Shown here piece by piece: positions 8,473 to 18,267 of a stretch of DNA of 48,543 nucleotides. Source of the stretch: a virus (taxonomy: Duplodnaviria; Caudoviricetes); the IMG/VR virus record IMGVR_UViG_3300027828_000041, positions 1 through 48,543 of that record; one strand, 5' to 3'. Position numbers and translations under genes: made by a program. The notes under the pieces are model-generated. The model ran no database searches. It was given only the letters and a program-made list of their open reading frames with translations, and was not told where the DNA came from. Position 1 is the stretch's first letter. The number at the start of each line of letters is the position of its first letter.

Positions 8473-10529
8473 GTTGTTTAGTGGAGGATGCGCTTAATCT
8501 AACATGTTTACGTGAAGAACCTGACTTAGTGTTCTTTGATGCAGAGACTACTGTAAAGTCTCCGTCTAAGTTTAAGGCAGACCCTTTCTACCCTGAGAAC
8601 TATGTCGTTACTAGTGCGTATAAACACCGCAGAGCTTCTGGTGATAAACCCGTAGCTCATGGTAATGGAGACCACGTCCTAACAGGGTTGCCCGTATATT
8701 TATATTCTGGTATAAATGAAAGACGGGTAGTGCTGGTAGCTCACAATGCTAAGTTCGATGCTCATTACCTACGACAGTCCTTTGTGAAGAACGCAGGTAC
8801 ACATGCTTGGCATACTACTATTATTGGTATACACGATACCATGGTCATACACTATCTTATTACTGGTGAGGCTAACGCTTCTCTTGAAAGAGTAGCTGAG
8901 TACTGGGGTTGTACTATCCCAAAGGACACTACGTTCAAAGCACAGTGGGAAGCTGGGGTACAGACCGAAGACATGGACATAGACGCTCTGTCTGATTACT
9001 GTGCGGATGATGTGACCATACTTGAAGAAGTATACGATAAGCAGATGGAGTACTTGGAAACTGCGTCCGACCAACTACGTATGCTAGTTAATATGCAAGC
9101 TCGTATCACTCTAGCTCTACAAGAGATTGAGTGGAACGGAGAGTGTGTTGACCTAGAAGACATGCGCAAACTAGAAGCAGGGTTACACTACACTATCGAG
9201 GAGTTAGAAGACAAAGCTGACACACTAATACGTGATATACTAGGCGATGAACCTGTAGACCACGGTGTCAATGTGACATCTAACCACACCCTTAGCCACC
9301 TAATTGCTGGTACGCCAGATATTAAATATAAGAAGCGCACCTTAGTTGGGACGTACAAGAACGGTAAAGATAAGTTCAAACAGGTTGAGTTCGAGGCGCT
9401 GATGACACACTCTTCTATGTATGTTGCTGCTGCTAAGGTATATGCGCAAACACCACTAAACAAACAGGACTGTGTTGCTGTTGATGAGAAGAGTATTGAT
9501 AAGTACCGTAAGCATATGCACCCTAAGATTGAAGAGTACATCAACCTAGTGCTTCAGATACGTACCGCGTCTAAGATTCAGGGTACGTACATTGACCCTA
9601 TCCTTGACCAACTTAACCGTAACGACACAGACCTAGTACATCCTCAGTATAATCAGGCTGTTACAGCTACAGGTCGACTGTCTAGTTCCAATCCTAATGG
9701 ACAGAACAACCCACCTATTGTAAAGAACACGTATACTAGTAGGTTCGAAAGAGGTCACATATTCTTTGGAGACTACGACCAACTAGAAGTGTGTGGTTTG
9801 GCTGACTTGTGTGAAGACCCCGCTCTTATTCAGGACATCACGAGGGGAGTAGATATACACTCTGTTATTGGTGAGCGAGTCTTTGGAGAAACCATGACCA
9901 AAGAAGAACGGCGTATCGTTAAGAGTGTAGTGTTTGGTACACTATATGGTGGTGGTGCTAAGACTTTAGCTGAGCAATCAGGTGTTAATATATCCTTAGT
10001 TAAGGATATCATCAAGCAGATGTATAATGAGTATCCTAGGATTAATGCTTGGCACAATGCGATGGAGAGGCGCATTAACGATGAGGCTACAGATGGTGAG
10101 GAGGTATGGAACGGACACATTCTCAAGGAGACTATGTGGGAGTCCAAGACAGGACGTAGGTACTTCTTCAAGCAGCAACCACCAAAGTATCACTGGCAGA
10201 CAGAACCATCATTTAACCCTAGTCAGATTAAGAACTACCCAGTGCAAGGGTTTGCTACTGGGGACATCGTACCTTTTGTACTAGGTCTACTTATAATGTC
10301 ACAGTCTTCCTGTTATTGTATAGGATTAAACCCTGATGAGGTTAAGTTAGTTAACACAATCCATGATTCCATTGGATTTGATGTGAACTTTTCTAATGAT
10401 TGTGAGTCTAATGATAGTGTAAGGGACATAATTAAAGACGTAGCAGAGTACAAAGTTCTTGAACTATTGCACGAATTAACCGGAACTAAACTTAAAGTTC
10501 CACTGACGTTCTCCTTTGAGGACGCATAA
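8469..10529 (+). CDS. polA: Family A DNA polymerase with 3'-5' exonuclease domain
   Basis: Exo motifs DAET, HNAKFD, YCADD; TGRLSS; motif A DYDQLE; motif B RRIVKSVVFGTLYG (Phe at the 762-equivalent position); NYPVQG; motif C IHDS. Confidence 0.95.
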   Translation: MSCLVEDALNLTCLREEPDLVFFDAETTVKSPSKFKADPFYPENYVVTSAYKHRRASGDKPVAHGNGDHVLTGLPVYLYSGINERRVVLVAHNAKFDAHYLRQSFVKNAGTHAWHTTIIGIHDTMVIHYLITGEANASLERVAEYWGCTIPKDTTFKAQWEAGVQTEDMDIDALSDYCADDVTILEEVYDKQMEYLETASDQLRMLVNMQARITLALQEIEWNGECVDLEDMRKLEAGLHYTIEELEDKADTLIRDILGDEPVDHGVNVTSNHTLSHLIAGTPDIKYKKRTLVGTYKNGKDKFKQVEFEALMTHSSMYVAAAKVYAQTPLNKQDCVAVDEKSIDKYRKHMHPKIEEYINLVLQIRTASKIQGTYIDPILDQLNRNDTDLVHPQYNQAVTATGRLSSSNPNGQNNPPIVKNTYTSRFERGHIFFGDYDQLEVCGLADLCEDPALIQDITRGVDIHSVIGERVFGETMTKEERRIVKSVVFGTLYGGGAKTLAEQSGVNISLVKDIIKQMYNEYPRINAWHNAMERRINDEATDGEEVWNGHILKETMWESKTGRRYFFKQQPPKYHWQTEPSFNPSQIKNYPVQGFATGDIVPFVLGLLIMSQSSCYCIGLNPDEVKLVNTIHDSIGFDVNFSNDCESNDSVRDIIKDVAEYKVLELLHELTGTKLKVPLTFSFEDA

Positions 10530-10542
10530 TACTGGAGTAACC

Positions 10543-11031
10543 ATGGCAGAAACAATTGAAGTAAATGGTGAGGTAACTGAGACTCGTCACGAGGACAAAG
10601 TCTCACGAGCTGGTAAACCTTTCAAGATTTATTATGCTACAGTAGATGGTGTCGAGATTAACACCGGATACAACGCTAAGAAGGTAGGCGAGAAAGTAAA
10701 CGCTGTCCTTCGTAAGAACTATGGACAGTGGCAGATTGATGCTACTGCGAAACCTACAGGAAAATCAACAGCCACAACCGCTAAAGGAGCAGGTTCAATG
10801 GGCAAGACATTTCCACTTGAAATAACACATGCTGATAATACTATTGTGCGACAGAACGCACTGGCTCACGCTACTAAGATTGTGACCACAGTAGAAACAG
10901 CCTTTGATGGTATCCTTGATGAGACCCGTGAGGACGCTATCAATCGTATGACTCAGGAAGTACAACGTGTAGCTGACGAGCTGTGGGTATACTCAACAGG
11001 TCAGTCCTTGGTTAAGGAAGCCCTTGAGTAA
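10543..11031 (+). CDS. Hypothetical replication-module protein, possibly ssDNA-binding
   Basis: GGAG RBS; beta-rich N-terminus; position after the polymerase. Function is inferred. Confidence 0.55.
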   Translation: MAETIEVNGEVTETRHEDKVSRAGKPFKIYYATVDGVEINTGYNAKKVGEKVNAVLRKNYGQWQIDATAKPTGKSTATTAKGAGSMGKTFPLEITHADNTIVRQNALAHATKIVTTVETAFDGILDETREDAINRMTQEVQRVADELWVYSTGQSLVKEALE

Positions 11032-11923
11032 ACAGATAGATACATTAGTCGAGGACATTTATGATGTCCTCACTAACGATACAGACCATAGACTAGCAGA
11101 CGTAGACTCCGTAAGTTACGGAGCTGCGTTGATAGAACATATGCAGCGTTCATTGGACGGAGAAGAATTCCGTCCGATGGACAAGGATAAAGTATGGGCT
11201 TCAATGCTAGGCAACAACTGCATGAGGCAGTTGTGGTACAAGTACAACACACCGAACCCTGAGACGTTAGGCGGTGATGTGAAGTATAAGTTCCTCTATG
11301 GCAACATGATTGAAGAAACTACACTAGCTATCGCTAAGGCTGCTGGTCACGCAGTACGACACGAACAACGTAGGTATGAGGTTACTTATACATACAACTG
11401 GGATGGTAAGATACGTGCGGTGACTGTATCCGGTAGGATAGACGCTATCATTGATAATGTGATTGTAGATGTTAAGTCAGCTTCTGGTTTCTCGTATAAA
11501 AAGTATACAGAACAAGGACTTACTGATACAACAGATACCTTTGGTTATCGAGCACAGCTAGACTTCTACCGACAAGCGCACTTACTGGAGACAGGAGAGG
11601 CGTTAGATACTGCTTTCTTGTTTGTAGATAAGCAGTTGGGTAAGCACGCCATAGTACCAGTAGCAAACACTACTGATATAAAAGGACGAGCTATTGATAT
11701 CCATCAGGTAGTTAATGGTGAAGAAGAAGATGCTGAACGGATAGCAGACTTTGAACAACCAGATGGTAAGTCTGGTAACATGAAGTTGTGTACTAAGTGT
11801 AGTTACTGTGACTATAAGAAAGCTTGTCACCCATCAGTACGAGGGTTCGCTTATTCTAATAAGCCTGTCTACCTAACTAAGGTAGTAAAAGAACCACGAG
11901 TACCGGAGTTTGAAGTTGAGTAA
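11024..11923 (+). CDS. Cas4/RecB-like PD-(D/E)XK exonuclease
   Basis: CMRQLWY, GRIDA...DVKS, QLDFY, and a C-terminal Cys cluster CSYCDYKKAC. Confidence 0.85.
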   Translation: MSKQIDTLVEDIYDVLTNDTDHRLADVDSVSYGAALIEHMQRSLDGEEFRPMDKDKVWASMLGNNCMRQLWYKYNTPNPETLGGDVKYKFLYGNMIEETTLAIAKAAGHAVRHEQRRYEVTYTYNWDGKIRAVTVSGRIDAIIDNVIVDVKSASGFSYKKYTEQGLTDTTDTFGYRAQLDFYRQAHLLETGEALDTAFLFVDKQLGKHAIVPVANTTDIKGRAIDIHQVVNGEEEDAERIADFEQPDGKSGNMKLCTKCSYCDYKKACHPSVRGFAYSNKPVYLTKVVKEPRVPEFEVE

Positions 11924-12362
11924 AGGAAGGTTCAGGTCACACCTAGAGTCAACCATTGCTCAGCAATTGGATGACGAAGGTATACCATACAAGTATGAGG
12001 ACTACAGTTATGAGTACGACTTGCCGCTACCAAGAGCGGAGTGTGCCGACTGTGGGTCTAAGAATGTAGCCACCACTAGGTGGTACACACCAGACTTCTT
12101 CCTACCTAATGGTATAGTAATTGAAACTAAGGGTAAGCTTGATAGAGCTACACGCAAGAAGATGATTGCGGTACGTAAGGCTCACCCTGACGAGGATATT
12201 AGATTCCTGTTTCAACGTAACAATAAGATTGATAAGCGCAGCACCACCCGTTACATGGACTGGGCAGCGCAGCATGGCTTCAAGGCTGCTCTCAGGCAGA
12301 TACCTGATGAATGGCTAGCAGAAGCAAGGAGTGACGATGAAGATATTGATGCTGGACATTGA
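11910..12362 (+). CDS. T7 endonuclease I-like resolvase with a Zn-ribbon insertion
   Basis: FRSHLE...YTPDFFLPNGIVIETKG...DIRFLFQ...YMDWA. Confidence 0.9.
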   Translation: MKLSKGRFRSHLESTIAQQLDDEGIPYKYEDYSYEYDLPLPRAECADCGSKNVATTRWYTPDFFLPNGIVIETKGKLDRATRKKMIAVRKAHPDEDIRFLFQRNNKIDKRSTTRYMDWAAQHGFKAALRQIPDEWLAEARSDDEDIDAGH

Positions 12363-13080
12363 GACAGCACCTAACATCGTAGCAACATGGGGTATGTTTA
12401 GGGTTAACATCGGTACTGATAACATTATAGAAACCGGACACACTATCTGCTATGCAGCACGGTGGTACGACAGTTCTAAGACTGAGTATAAATCCATCTA
12501 TCATCACTCAGAAGAGGAGATGGTGGAAGCATTGTGGTTACTACTCGATGAAGCAGACGTTGTAGTTCACTATAATGGTACTAAGTTTGACATCCCGACT
12601 CTTAACAAAGAGTTCGTCAGGCTTGGCTATGTACCACCCTCAACATACCATCAGATTGATTTGCTTAAGGTAGTACGCAAGCAGTTTAGGTTCACATCTA
12701 ATAAGCTAGATTACATCTGCCAAGAGCTTGACATTGGTTCTAAGATGCAGCACAAAGGCATCCTCCTTTGGGTAGGTTGTATGAACAACGATGCCAAGGA
12801 TTGGAAGGTGATGAAAGAGTACAACATCAAGGACATAGACTTGCTGGAGGAACTATATGAAGAGCTACTTCCTTGGATTACGAACCACCCAAATAGAGCA
12901 TTGTGGCTGGATGATGTGTCAGAGCCTACATGTAAGAATTGTGGTAGCACGAATGTTAAGGCTAATGGAGTGGAGCGTACTAAGACTCAACAATACCAGA
13001 GATATAAATGTAATGATTGCGGTGCTAACTTACGGAGCAGGAAGTTACTCAAGAAAGCAGATGAAGGAGTACTGGTATGA
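12337..13080 (+). CDS. DEDD/RNase H-like 3'-5' exonuclease with C-terminal Zn ribbon
   Basis: LDIET, HYNGTKFD, YNIKD; CKNC...CNDC. Confidence 0.85.
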   Translation: MKILMLDIETAPNIVATWGMFRVNIGTDNIIETGHTICYAARWYDSSKTEYKSIYHHSEEEMVEALWLLLDEADVVVHYNGTKFDIPTLNKEFVRLGYVPPSTYHQIDLLKVVRKQFRFTSNKLDYICQELDIGSKMQHKGILLWVGCMNNDAKDWKVMKEYNIKDIDLLEELYEELLPWITNHPNRALWLDDVSEPTCKNCGSTNVKANGVERTKTQQYQRYKCNDCGANLRSRKLLKKADEGVLV

Positions 13081-13358
13081 GTGCAATAGCTGGTGGTACG
13101 CCCCGCTTTAGAAGTGCACCCACGGATGCTGAGTTCAAAGCATCTGGACACATTTTACTTGAAGATGTTCTTATGGAAGTAGAGGTAGAACGTGACGTGA
13201 CGAAACTAGAAACCGTAGTCTATGTTATCTTTCGCGCTAGGAACACTTCTGATAGGTACACTATAGCTTTACGAGAGGAGTACATAGGTAAGAAAGTGTC
13301 AGTGCCCACTGGTATTACTATGGTAGTACCGGATAAAGAAAAGGAGATACCCTTCTAA
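13077..13358 (+). CDS. Hypothetical protein
   Basis: AAGGAG RBS; ATGA coupling. Confidence 0.65.
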   Translation: MSAIAGGTPRFRSAPTDAEFKASGHILLEDVLMEVEVERDVTKLETVVYVIFRARNTSDRYTIALREEYIGKKVSVPTGITMVVPDKEKEIPF

Positions 13359-13528
13359 TGATAGAGTTCTTAGATGAAAAGGAACTCTCTGAATTGGTTA
13401 GGCTTCGTGAGTCTGACCCTGACTACTTGGTGGAGGTGCTTAGCATCTCCTCTGAGGAACTGATTGACAAGTTTGAAGATAGGGTTATCAAGTATTTACG
13501 AGGCGAAGAGGAAGTTCCTAATGAGTGA
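13358..13528 (+). CDS. Small acidic protein, 56 aa (not in ORF track)
   Basis: MIEFLDEKELSELVRLRESDPDYLVEVLSISSEELIDKFEDRVIKYLRGEEEVPNE; TAATG coupling and AAGGAG RBS. Confidence 0.7.
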   Translation: MIEFLDEKELSELVRLRESDPDYLVEVLSISSEELIDKFEDRVIKYLRGEEEVPNE

Positions 13529-13661
13529 TATATTGAAAGATTTGGAAGACGCGTATATGATGGTAGATGGATGTATGTCTGAAGAAGAGATAGAATTCGT
13601 AGAAAACACTATCAACGATGCAAGTATGCGTATCAAGGAGTTAGAACAGGAGTCTCAATGA
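13521..13661 (+). CDS. Small hypothetical protein
   Basis: GAGGA RBS; overlaps both neighbours. Confidence 0.55.
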   Translation: MSDILKDLEDAYMMVDGCMSEEEIEFVENTINDASMRIKELEQESQ

Positions 13662-15508
13662 CACCATATCAGGAGTACATATATAAGTCTAGGTACGCTA
13701 GGTATCTAGATGATGAAGGTCGCCGTGAAAACTGGGACGAAACAGTTGATAGATACATCAACTATATGAAAGAGAAGTACGATTGTAATCCCGACATACC
13801 ATGGGATGAGCTAAGAGAAGCCATCTACAACATGGAGATTATGCCTAGTATGCGCTGTATGATGACAGCAGGCGCAGCGCTAGAGCGAGACAATGTAGCA
13901 GGATACAACTGTGCTTACACACCCATTGACCATATCCGAGTGTTTGATGAGATACTATACATACTGATGTGTGGTACCGGCGTGGGTTTCTCAGTTGAGC
14001 GGCAGTTTATTAACAAACTACCAGAGGTAGCAGAAGAACTACATGAGACTGATACTACAATACGAGTACGAGATAGTAAAATTGGATGGGCAGCCGCACT
14101 TAAAGAGCTTATTGGGCTGCTCTACGCAGGTCAGATTCCACAATGGGACACATCTGGACTGCGCCCCGCTGGAGCTAGACTCAAAACTTTTGGAGGTAGG
14201 AGTTCAGGTGCAGAGCCACTTGAACAACTCTTCAACTTCATTGTCGAAGTCTTTAGGAAAGCTGCCGGACGAAGGTTAAACTCACTGGAGGTGCACGATG
14301 TTGTTTGCAAAATTGCTGAAGTGGTTGTATGCGGTGGGGTTAGGCGCTCTGCTTTGCTCAGTCTCTCTAACCTTACTGATGCACGGATGCGGGACGCTAA
14401 GTCAGGGGAGTGGTACTTCGCTGAACCACAGCGAGCACTCGCTAACAACTCCGTATGTTACACCGAGAAACCAGACATGGGTATATTCATGCAAGAGTGG
14501 CACTCACTCTATAACTCTAAGGCTGGGGAACGAGGTATCTTCAATCGACAGGCTAGCCAAAGGCTGTGTCCTGACCGACGTGATAGTGAGTGGGAGTTTG
14601 GAACAAACCCCTGTTCTGAGATTGTCCTCAGACCCCAACAGTTCTGTAACCTCAGTGAAGTAGTACTGAGGAAGGGTGATGTACACAAAGATATTGAGCG
14701 AAAGATTCGACTTGCTACCGTTCTGGGGACACTACAGAGCGGACTTACAGAATTCCGTTACTTACGGAAAGTATGGTCTAACAACACAAGAGATGAGCGC
14801 CTTCTGGGTGTTTCACTCACGGGTATCTGCGACCACCCTAAGCTTTCCAAAGCGGGTGTGGACTTGTCTGTATATAAGGAGATAGCAATTGAACAAAACA
14901 AGGAAACTGCCGCTGCTCTTGGACTTACTGAGTCTACCGCTATTACTTGCGTTAAGCCTAGTGGTACTGTCTCTCAGTTGGTTGATAGTTCCTCTGGTAT
15001 ACATCCGAGGTACAGTCGGTACTACATCCGAAGAGTTCGTGCTGATGCTAACGACCCTCTTTGTAACGCTCTTATTGAAGCAGGTGTCCCTTGTGAGCAG
15101 GCTAACAACAACCCTTCGGAACTGGTCTTCTCGTTCCCGATTGCTAGTCCTGCTAGAAGTAAGACTGTTGACGACTACGGAGCAATTGAACAGTTGGATT
15201 TGTGGAAGTCTTACGCTACAACGTACTGTGAGCACAAACCGAGTGTGTCAATTTATGTGCGAGAAGATGAATGGATGGAAGTAGGAGCATGGGTATACGA
15301 GAATTGGGATATAATGAGTGGTGTTTCTTTCTTTCCGAAAGATGACCACATGTATCCTCAAGCCCCGTATGAATCTATAACTAAAGACCAATACAATGAG
15401 CTAATGAAAGACTTTCCTACTTCGCTTGACTTAGATATAGGTGAGGAAGAAGATAATACCACATCTAGTCAAGAGCTTGCTTGTGTTGGTGGAGCTTGCG
15501 AATTATGA
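13658..15508 (+). CDS. nrdJ: Class II (adenosylcobalamin-dependent) ribonucleotide reductase
   Basis: YNCAY, GTGVGFSV, GVRRSA, TNPCSEI, CVKPSGT and a C-terminal CVGGAC pair. No nrdB gene is present. Confidence 0.92.
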   Translation: MTPYQEYIYKSRYARYLDDEGRRENWDETVDRYINYMKEKYDCNPDIPWDELREAIYNMEIMPSMRCMMTAGAALERDNVAGYNCAYTPIDHIRVFDEILYILMCGTGVGFSVERQFINKLPEVAEELHETDTTIRVRDSKIGWAAALKELIGLLYAGQIPQWDTSGLRPAGARLKTFGGRSSGAEPLEQLFNFIVEVFRKAAGRRLNSLEVHDVVCKIAEVVVCGGVRRSALLSLSNLTDARMRDAKSGEWYFAEPQRALANNSVCYTEKPDMGIFMQEWHSLYNSKAGERGIFNRQASQRLCPDRRDSEWEFGTNPCSEIVLRPQQFCNLSEVVLRKGDVHKDIERKIRLATVLGTLQSGLTEFRYLRKVWSNNTRDERLLGVSLTGICDHPKLSKAGVDLSVYKEIAIEQNKETAAALGLTESTAITCVKPSGTVSQLVDSSSGIHPRYSRYYIRRVRADANDPLCNALIEAGVPCEQANNNPSELVFSFPIASPARSKTVDDYGAIEQLDLWKSYATTYCEHKPSVSIYVREDEWMEVGAWVYENWDIMSGVSFFPKDDHMYPQAPYESITKDQYNELMKDFPTSLDLDIGEEEDNTTSSQELACVGGACEL

Positions 15509-15560
15509 AAGTAGAAGATTGGATATGCAGGGTAAACCCTATCCCTGTAAAGGAGCTACT

Positions 15561-15671
15561 ATGATTATAAAGTTCTGTAGCAAATGTGGTAGTGGGTTCA
15601 CTACTAATGCACGGTTCTGGCGTATCAAGCCACACCACTGTCCTAAATGTTCCAACAAGAGGAAGAAATAA
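15561..15671 (+). CDS. Small zinc-ribbon protein
   Basis: CSKC...CPKC; AAGGAG RBS. Confidence 0.55.
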   Translation: MIIKFCSKCGSGFTTNARFWRIKPHHCPKCSNKRKK

Positions 15672-15892
15672 TGGAAACAATTACACTTATTATAGCTACC
15701 ATTGTGGTAGTAGGGTTTATAGTTTACGGTGTTATGCACCTAAACAACAGTATGCACGAAGCCTATCGTTCAGTGCGTCCTCGCTATGTCTTTCGGATTG
15801 AAGACGAGTATGGTGATGTGTCTATCTTTGTAGGTGGACAGCGCGACCTTAAGGCTCTCCGTAAATCGGGAGTTAAGTTTGCCATTCTATGA
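15671..15892 (+). CDS. Small membrane-anchored protein
   Basis: N-terminal TM segment; TAATG coupling. Confidence 0.6.
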   Translation: METITLIIATIVVVGFIVYGVMHLNNSMHEAYRSVRPRYVFRIEDEYGDVSIFVGGQRDLKALRKSGVKFAIL

Positions 15893-16073
15893 TTACACTT
15901 GTCCCGAATGTGGTCATCAAGTTAAGGATGTTCTGAGAAAAGTTGAACAGAGAGATGATACTATGGTCTGTGACAATTGTTTACAGGGTATGGATACAGT
16001 CGTCAACATGAGGCGGGACTTGGCAAGTCCGAACTTTAACTTTGCCAAGTCTCCGTATGAGGAGTACCTGTGA
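15879..16073 (+). CDS. FmdB-like zinc-ribbon protein
   Basis: TTG start after GGGAG; (M)PFYDYTCPECGH...CDNC. Confidence 0.7.
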   Translation: MPFYDYTCPECGHQVKDVLRKVEQRDDTMVCDNCLQGMDTVVNMRRDLASPNFNFAKSPYEEYL

Positions 16074-16372
16074 TGGCTAAAGAACCAAGCCCGCTTGAGC
16101 GGGGACTTAATGGAGTGTCCGAGAAGGACTTTGAGAACTCAGTAAGAGTTGTAGAAGGACAGGAAGGCTGGTCTTCGGACTACTATCAGCTTCCACCCAA
16201 TGCCTCAGAGCTGGGTGATTTGATTGAACACCGAGATATGAACTTCAATGTAGGTAATATCTTTAAAGCGTGCTATAGATTGGGACACAAAGAAGGTGTC
16301 TCAGATATATACGACCTCCACAAGATTAAATACTTTGTGGAACGTGAAATACACAGGAGAAATAATGTCTGA
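16070..16372 (+). CDS. DUF3310-like phage protein
   Basis: YY...DLIE...MNFNVGNIFKACYRLG...DLHKI. Confidence 0.7.
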   Translation: MMAKEPSPLERGLNGVSEKDFENSVRVVEGQEGWSSDYYQLPPNASELGDLIEHRDMNFNVGNIFKACYRLGHKEGVSDIYDLHKIKYFVEREIHRRNNV

Positions 16373-16649
16373 TATTATTAACGAGACCGATGGTCTCTAC
16401 ACGCTGGACTTAGAACGTCCGGCTAAAGAAGTGTTGCAGTATGTTGTCGCTTCTATTAACGAAGATGAACCAGAAGACGGGTGTGAGTATGAGTTCAATG
16501 TGATTCTCACGGATGTAGCAGGTAAGCAGTACATTGTATCAATGACTGCCGTTGAACTTAACGCTGATAACTTAGCCGACCATGGCTTTGCCGAAGCTAA
16601 CGCTGAAGGCTTGGAACTTCCTGACAATGTCGTGGAATTCCCTAGCTAG
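16365..16649 (+). CDS. Acidic hypothetical protein
   Basis: AGGAG RBS before ATG 16365. Confidence 0.65.
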   Translation: MSDIINETDGLYTLDLERPAKEVLQYVVASINEDEPEDGCEYEFNVILTDVAGKQYIVSMTAVELNADNLADHGFAEANAEGLELPDNVVEFPS

Positions 16650-16770
16650 GGTGCTTAAGCACACAGCCTCGTTCCTCTTAGAGACCGTGACTATCTGGTT
16701 AGGGGCTGTGTTCCTGTTACTTGTAGCTTTCGCTATAGTAATGATACCTATCATACTACTCGTCGGATAG
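16627..16770 (+). CDS. Possible small membrane protein, last gene of the + arm
   Basis: Long hydrophobic C-terminus; fills the gap between the two arms. Confidence 0.4.
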   Translation: MSWNSLARVLKHTASFLLETVTIWLGAVFLLLVAFAIVMIPIILLVG

Positions 16771-17004
16771 GTATGTTATACATCGTACCATACCCCGTGG
16801 TATAAACGCCACAGTATGTACATCTTCGGGATGGTTGGGGTAACTATCCATTGAGATAGTTACTCCGACTTCATCCTCTTTAATTAGCCACCCTAGGCTA
16901 TCTGTCATGTAGGGTTCGTGCTCTATGTCATCTACTGTGACAGCTTTATCTGAACCGTGTGCGTCCGCCCACGATACTATCACTATCTTACGTTGCTCAC
17001 TCAC
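16756..17004 (-). CDS. Hypothetical phage protein
   Basis: VSWADAH...SLGWL...IPRGMV pattern; GGGAG RBS. Confidence 0.7.
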   Translation of the reverse strand: MSEQRKIVIVSWADAHGSDKAVTVDDIEHEPYMTDSLGWLIKEDEVGVTISMDSYPNHPEDVHTVAFIPRGMVRCITYLSDE

Positions 17005-17248
17005 TAATTAACTCCCGTATACGCGCCTTATCCTCGTTACCTGTACGCGCACACATGGCTGCCTCAACATAAGCAGCCTCTAGTTCACCTACTGTATTGA
17101 ACTCCCAACCACCAAACTCACAATGCTGGAGGTAGCTATAGGGGATACTGTAGCTAACCGGAGGTTTCGGCGTACTCTTGAACACGGAGCAACCGCTCAC
17201 GCTGAGTACTAGGCAGAGCAGTAGTATTAGTACCAGTCTCTTCCACAT
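16997..17248 (-). CDS. o-spanin (Rz1-like lipoprotein)
   Basis: Signal peptide with lipobox VSGC and a Pro-rich segment; starts inside the upstream gene in another frame. Confidence 0.75.
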   Translation of the reverse strand: MWKRLVLILLLCLVLSVSGCSVFKSTPKPPVSYSIPYSYLQHCEFGGWEFNTVGELEAAYVEAAMCARTGNEDKARIRELISE

Positions 17249-17477
17249 CTTTTACCCACTCCTTCATTGTGGATTCGTCGTTACTTTCTCGTTCCGATAC
17301 GATTGAGAAAGCCTGTCGTTCATCCACTACTACCTCAGTAGCTACATCAGCCATAACCTGAGCTTCTAGCTTCTCACGGTAGTTATTCATTGACCATTGT
17401 AGGAACAGCATACCAGCTACGCTGAGTATCAGCATCCAGTTCCTACCACTAGAAAAGAATGTCAACAGGGCTGTCAT
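17154..17477 (-). CDS. i-spanin (Rz-like)
   Basis: N-terminal TM followed by a helical region; 3' end overlaps the lipoprotein gene. Confidence 0.7.
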   Translation of the reverse strand: MTALLTFFSSGRNWMLILSVAGMLFLQWSMNNYREKLEAQVMADVATEVVVDERQAFSIVSERESNDESTMKEWVKDVEETGTNTTALPSTQRERLLRVQEYAETSG

Positions 17478-17701
17478 TTGTAAGTAGGTCTCCGTCTATA
17501 CTTGCCTTGTATGTGCTTGTTCAAGTCGTTATACTCCTGCCTGTACAACATAGTAGTATAGGGGGAGCTTGGTTTACCTTGGAAATACACCCGTATTCTA
17601 TCAATAGTGGACATTTCTCTTTTACCAAACTCAGCCTTAATCCTACTGGGAGCATGTCTGTCACGCCTCTGCCCCCCCATACCTTTCTTGAATACGTCCA
17701 C
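17474..17701 (-). CDS. Basic hypothetical protein
   Basis: Fills the gap in frame order; start uncertain. Confidence 0.45.
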   Translation of the reverse strand: MDVFKKGMGGQRRDRHAPSRIKAEFGKREMSTIDRIRVYFQGKPSSPYTTMLYRQEYNDLNKHIQGKYRRRPTYK

Positions 17702-17955
17702 TAGAGCCTGAACACTTCCCTATCACTGGCATCAGACTTAGCTGAGTCAACACAGTGGTTAGGGTCTACCTTATCTAGCGCCCAACAAATCCATTGACAA
17801 GGTTTGCAAGGATTACCTGTATTACGGTTACGTCTACCAAGTCTTGAGGATACAGTTTCAAACGGGTCACCACCCGTTAAACTGTTAACAACTAAATCTA
17901 AAACAATTAATTGATTTAAAATATATCTATATAAACCTTTAAAAAATACGTTCAT
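17701..17955 (-). CDS. Cys-rich hypothetical protein
   Basis: ETVSSRLGR...CKPC...C...DPNHC; GGAGGT RBS. Confidence 0.7.
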   Translation of the reverse strand: MNVFFKGLYRYILNQLIVLDLVVNSLTGGDPFETVSSRLGRRNRNTGNPCKPCQWICWALDKVDPNHCVDSAKSDASDREVFRL

Positions 17956-18267
17956 TTAAATACCTCCAGTTATAATTTTAAGTATCCATGTTTTAAGAAA
18001 TAACATCAAACCCCAAATAGCACCAAATACAAATAACATACCTGCTACAAAACCTTTATATTTAGTCATGGACTCTTTTATTTCTTCAATACCCTGCGCG
18101 TTAGCTTCTACCTTATCCATAAGGTTAGCGTGCTGCCGGTCAGCCTTAGACTCTAATGCCTTAACTTCTGCCTTTGTCACTCCGTGTACCTTGATGTAAT
18201 CATCTAACTGCTGTTGCACTCGACCTATCTCCACCGCTAGTTCCGTGTGGCTTACGTCATCACTCAC
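17956..18267 (-). CDS. Putative holin or lysis-associated membrane protein
   Basis: Coiled coil plus a single C-terminal TM; lies upstream of the spanins. Confidence 0.5.
   Translation of the reverse strand: MSDDVSHTELAVEIGRVQQQLDDYIKVHGVTKAEVKALESKADRQHANLMDKVEANAQGIEEIKESMTKYKGFVAGMLFVFGAIWGLMLFLKTWILKIITGGI

Noticed and set aside
11024-11923. CRISPR-Cas locus
   Set aside because: No repeat-spacer array and no other cas genes were seen.
8469-15508. Introns, inteins or homing endonucleases in polA or nrdJ
   Set aside because: Both ORFs are continuous and of normal size, with no intein or HNH/LAGLIDADG motifs seen.
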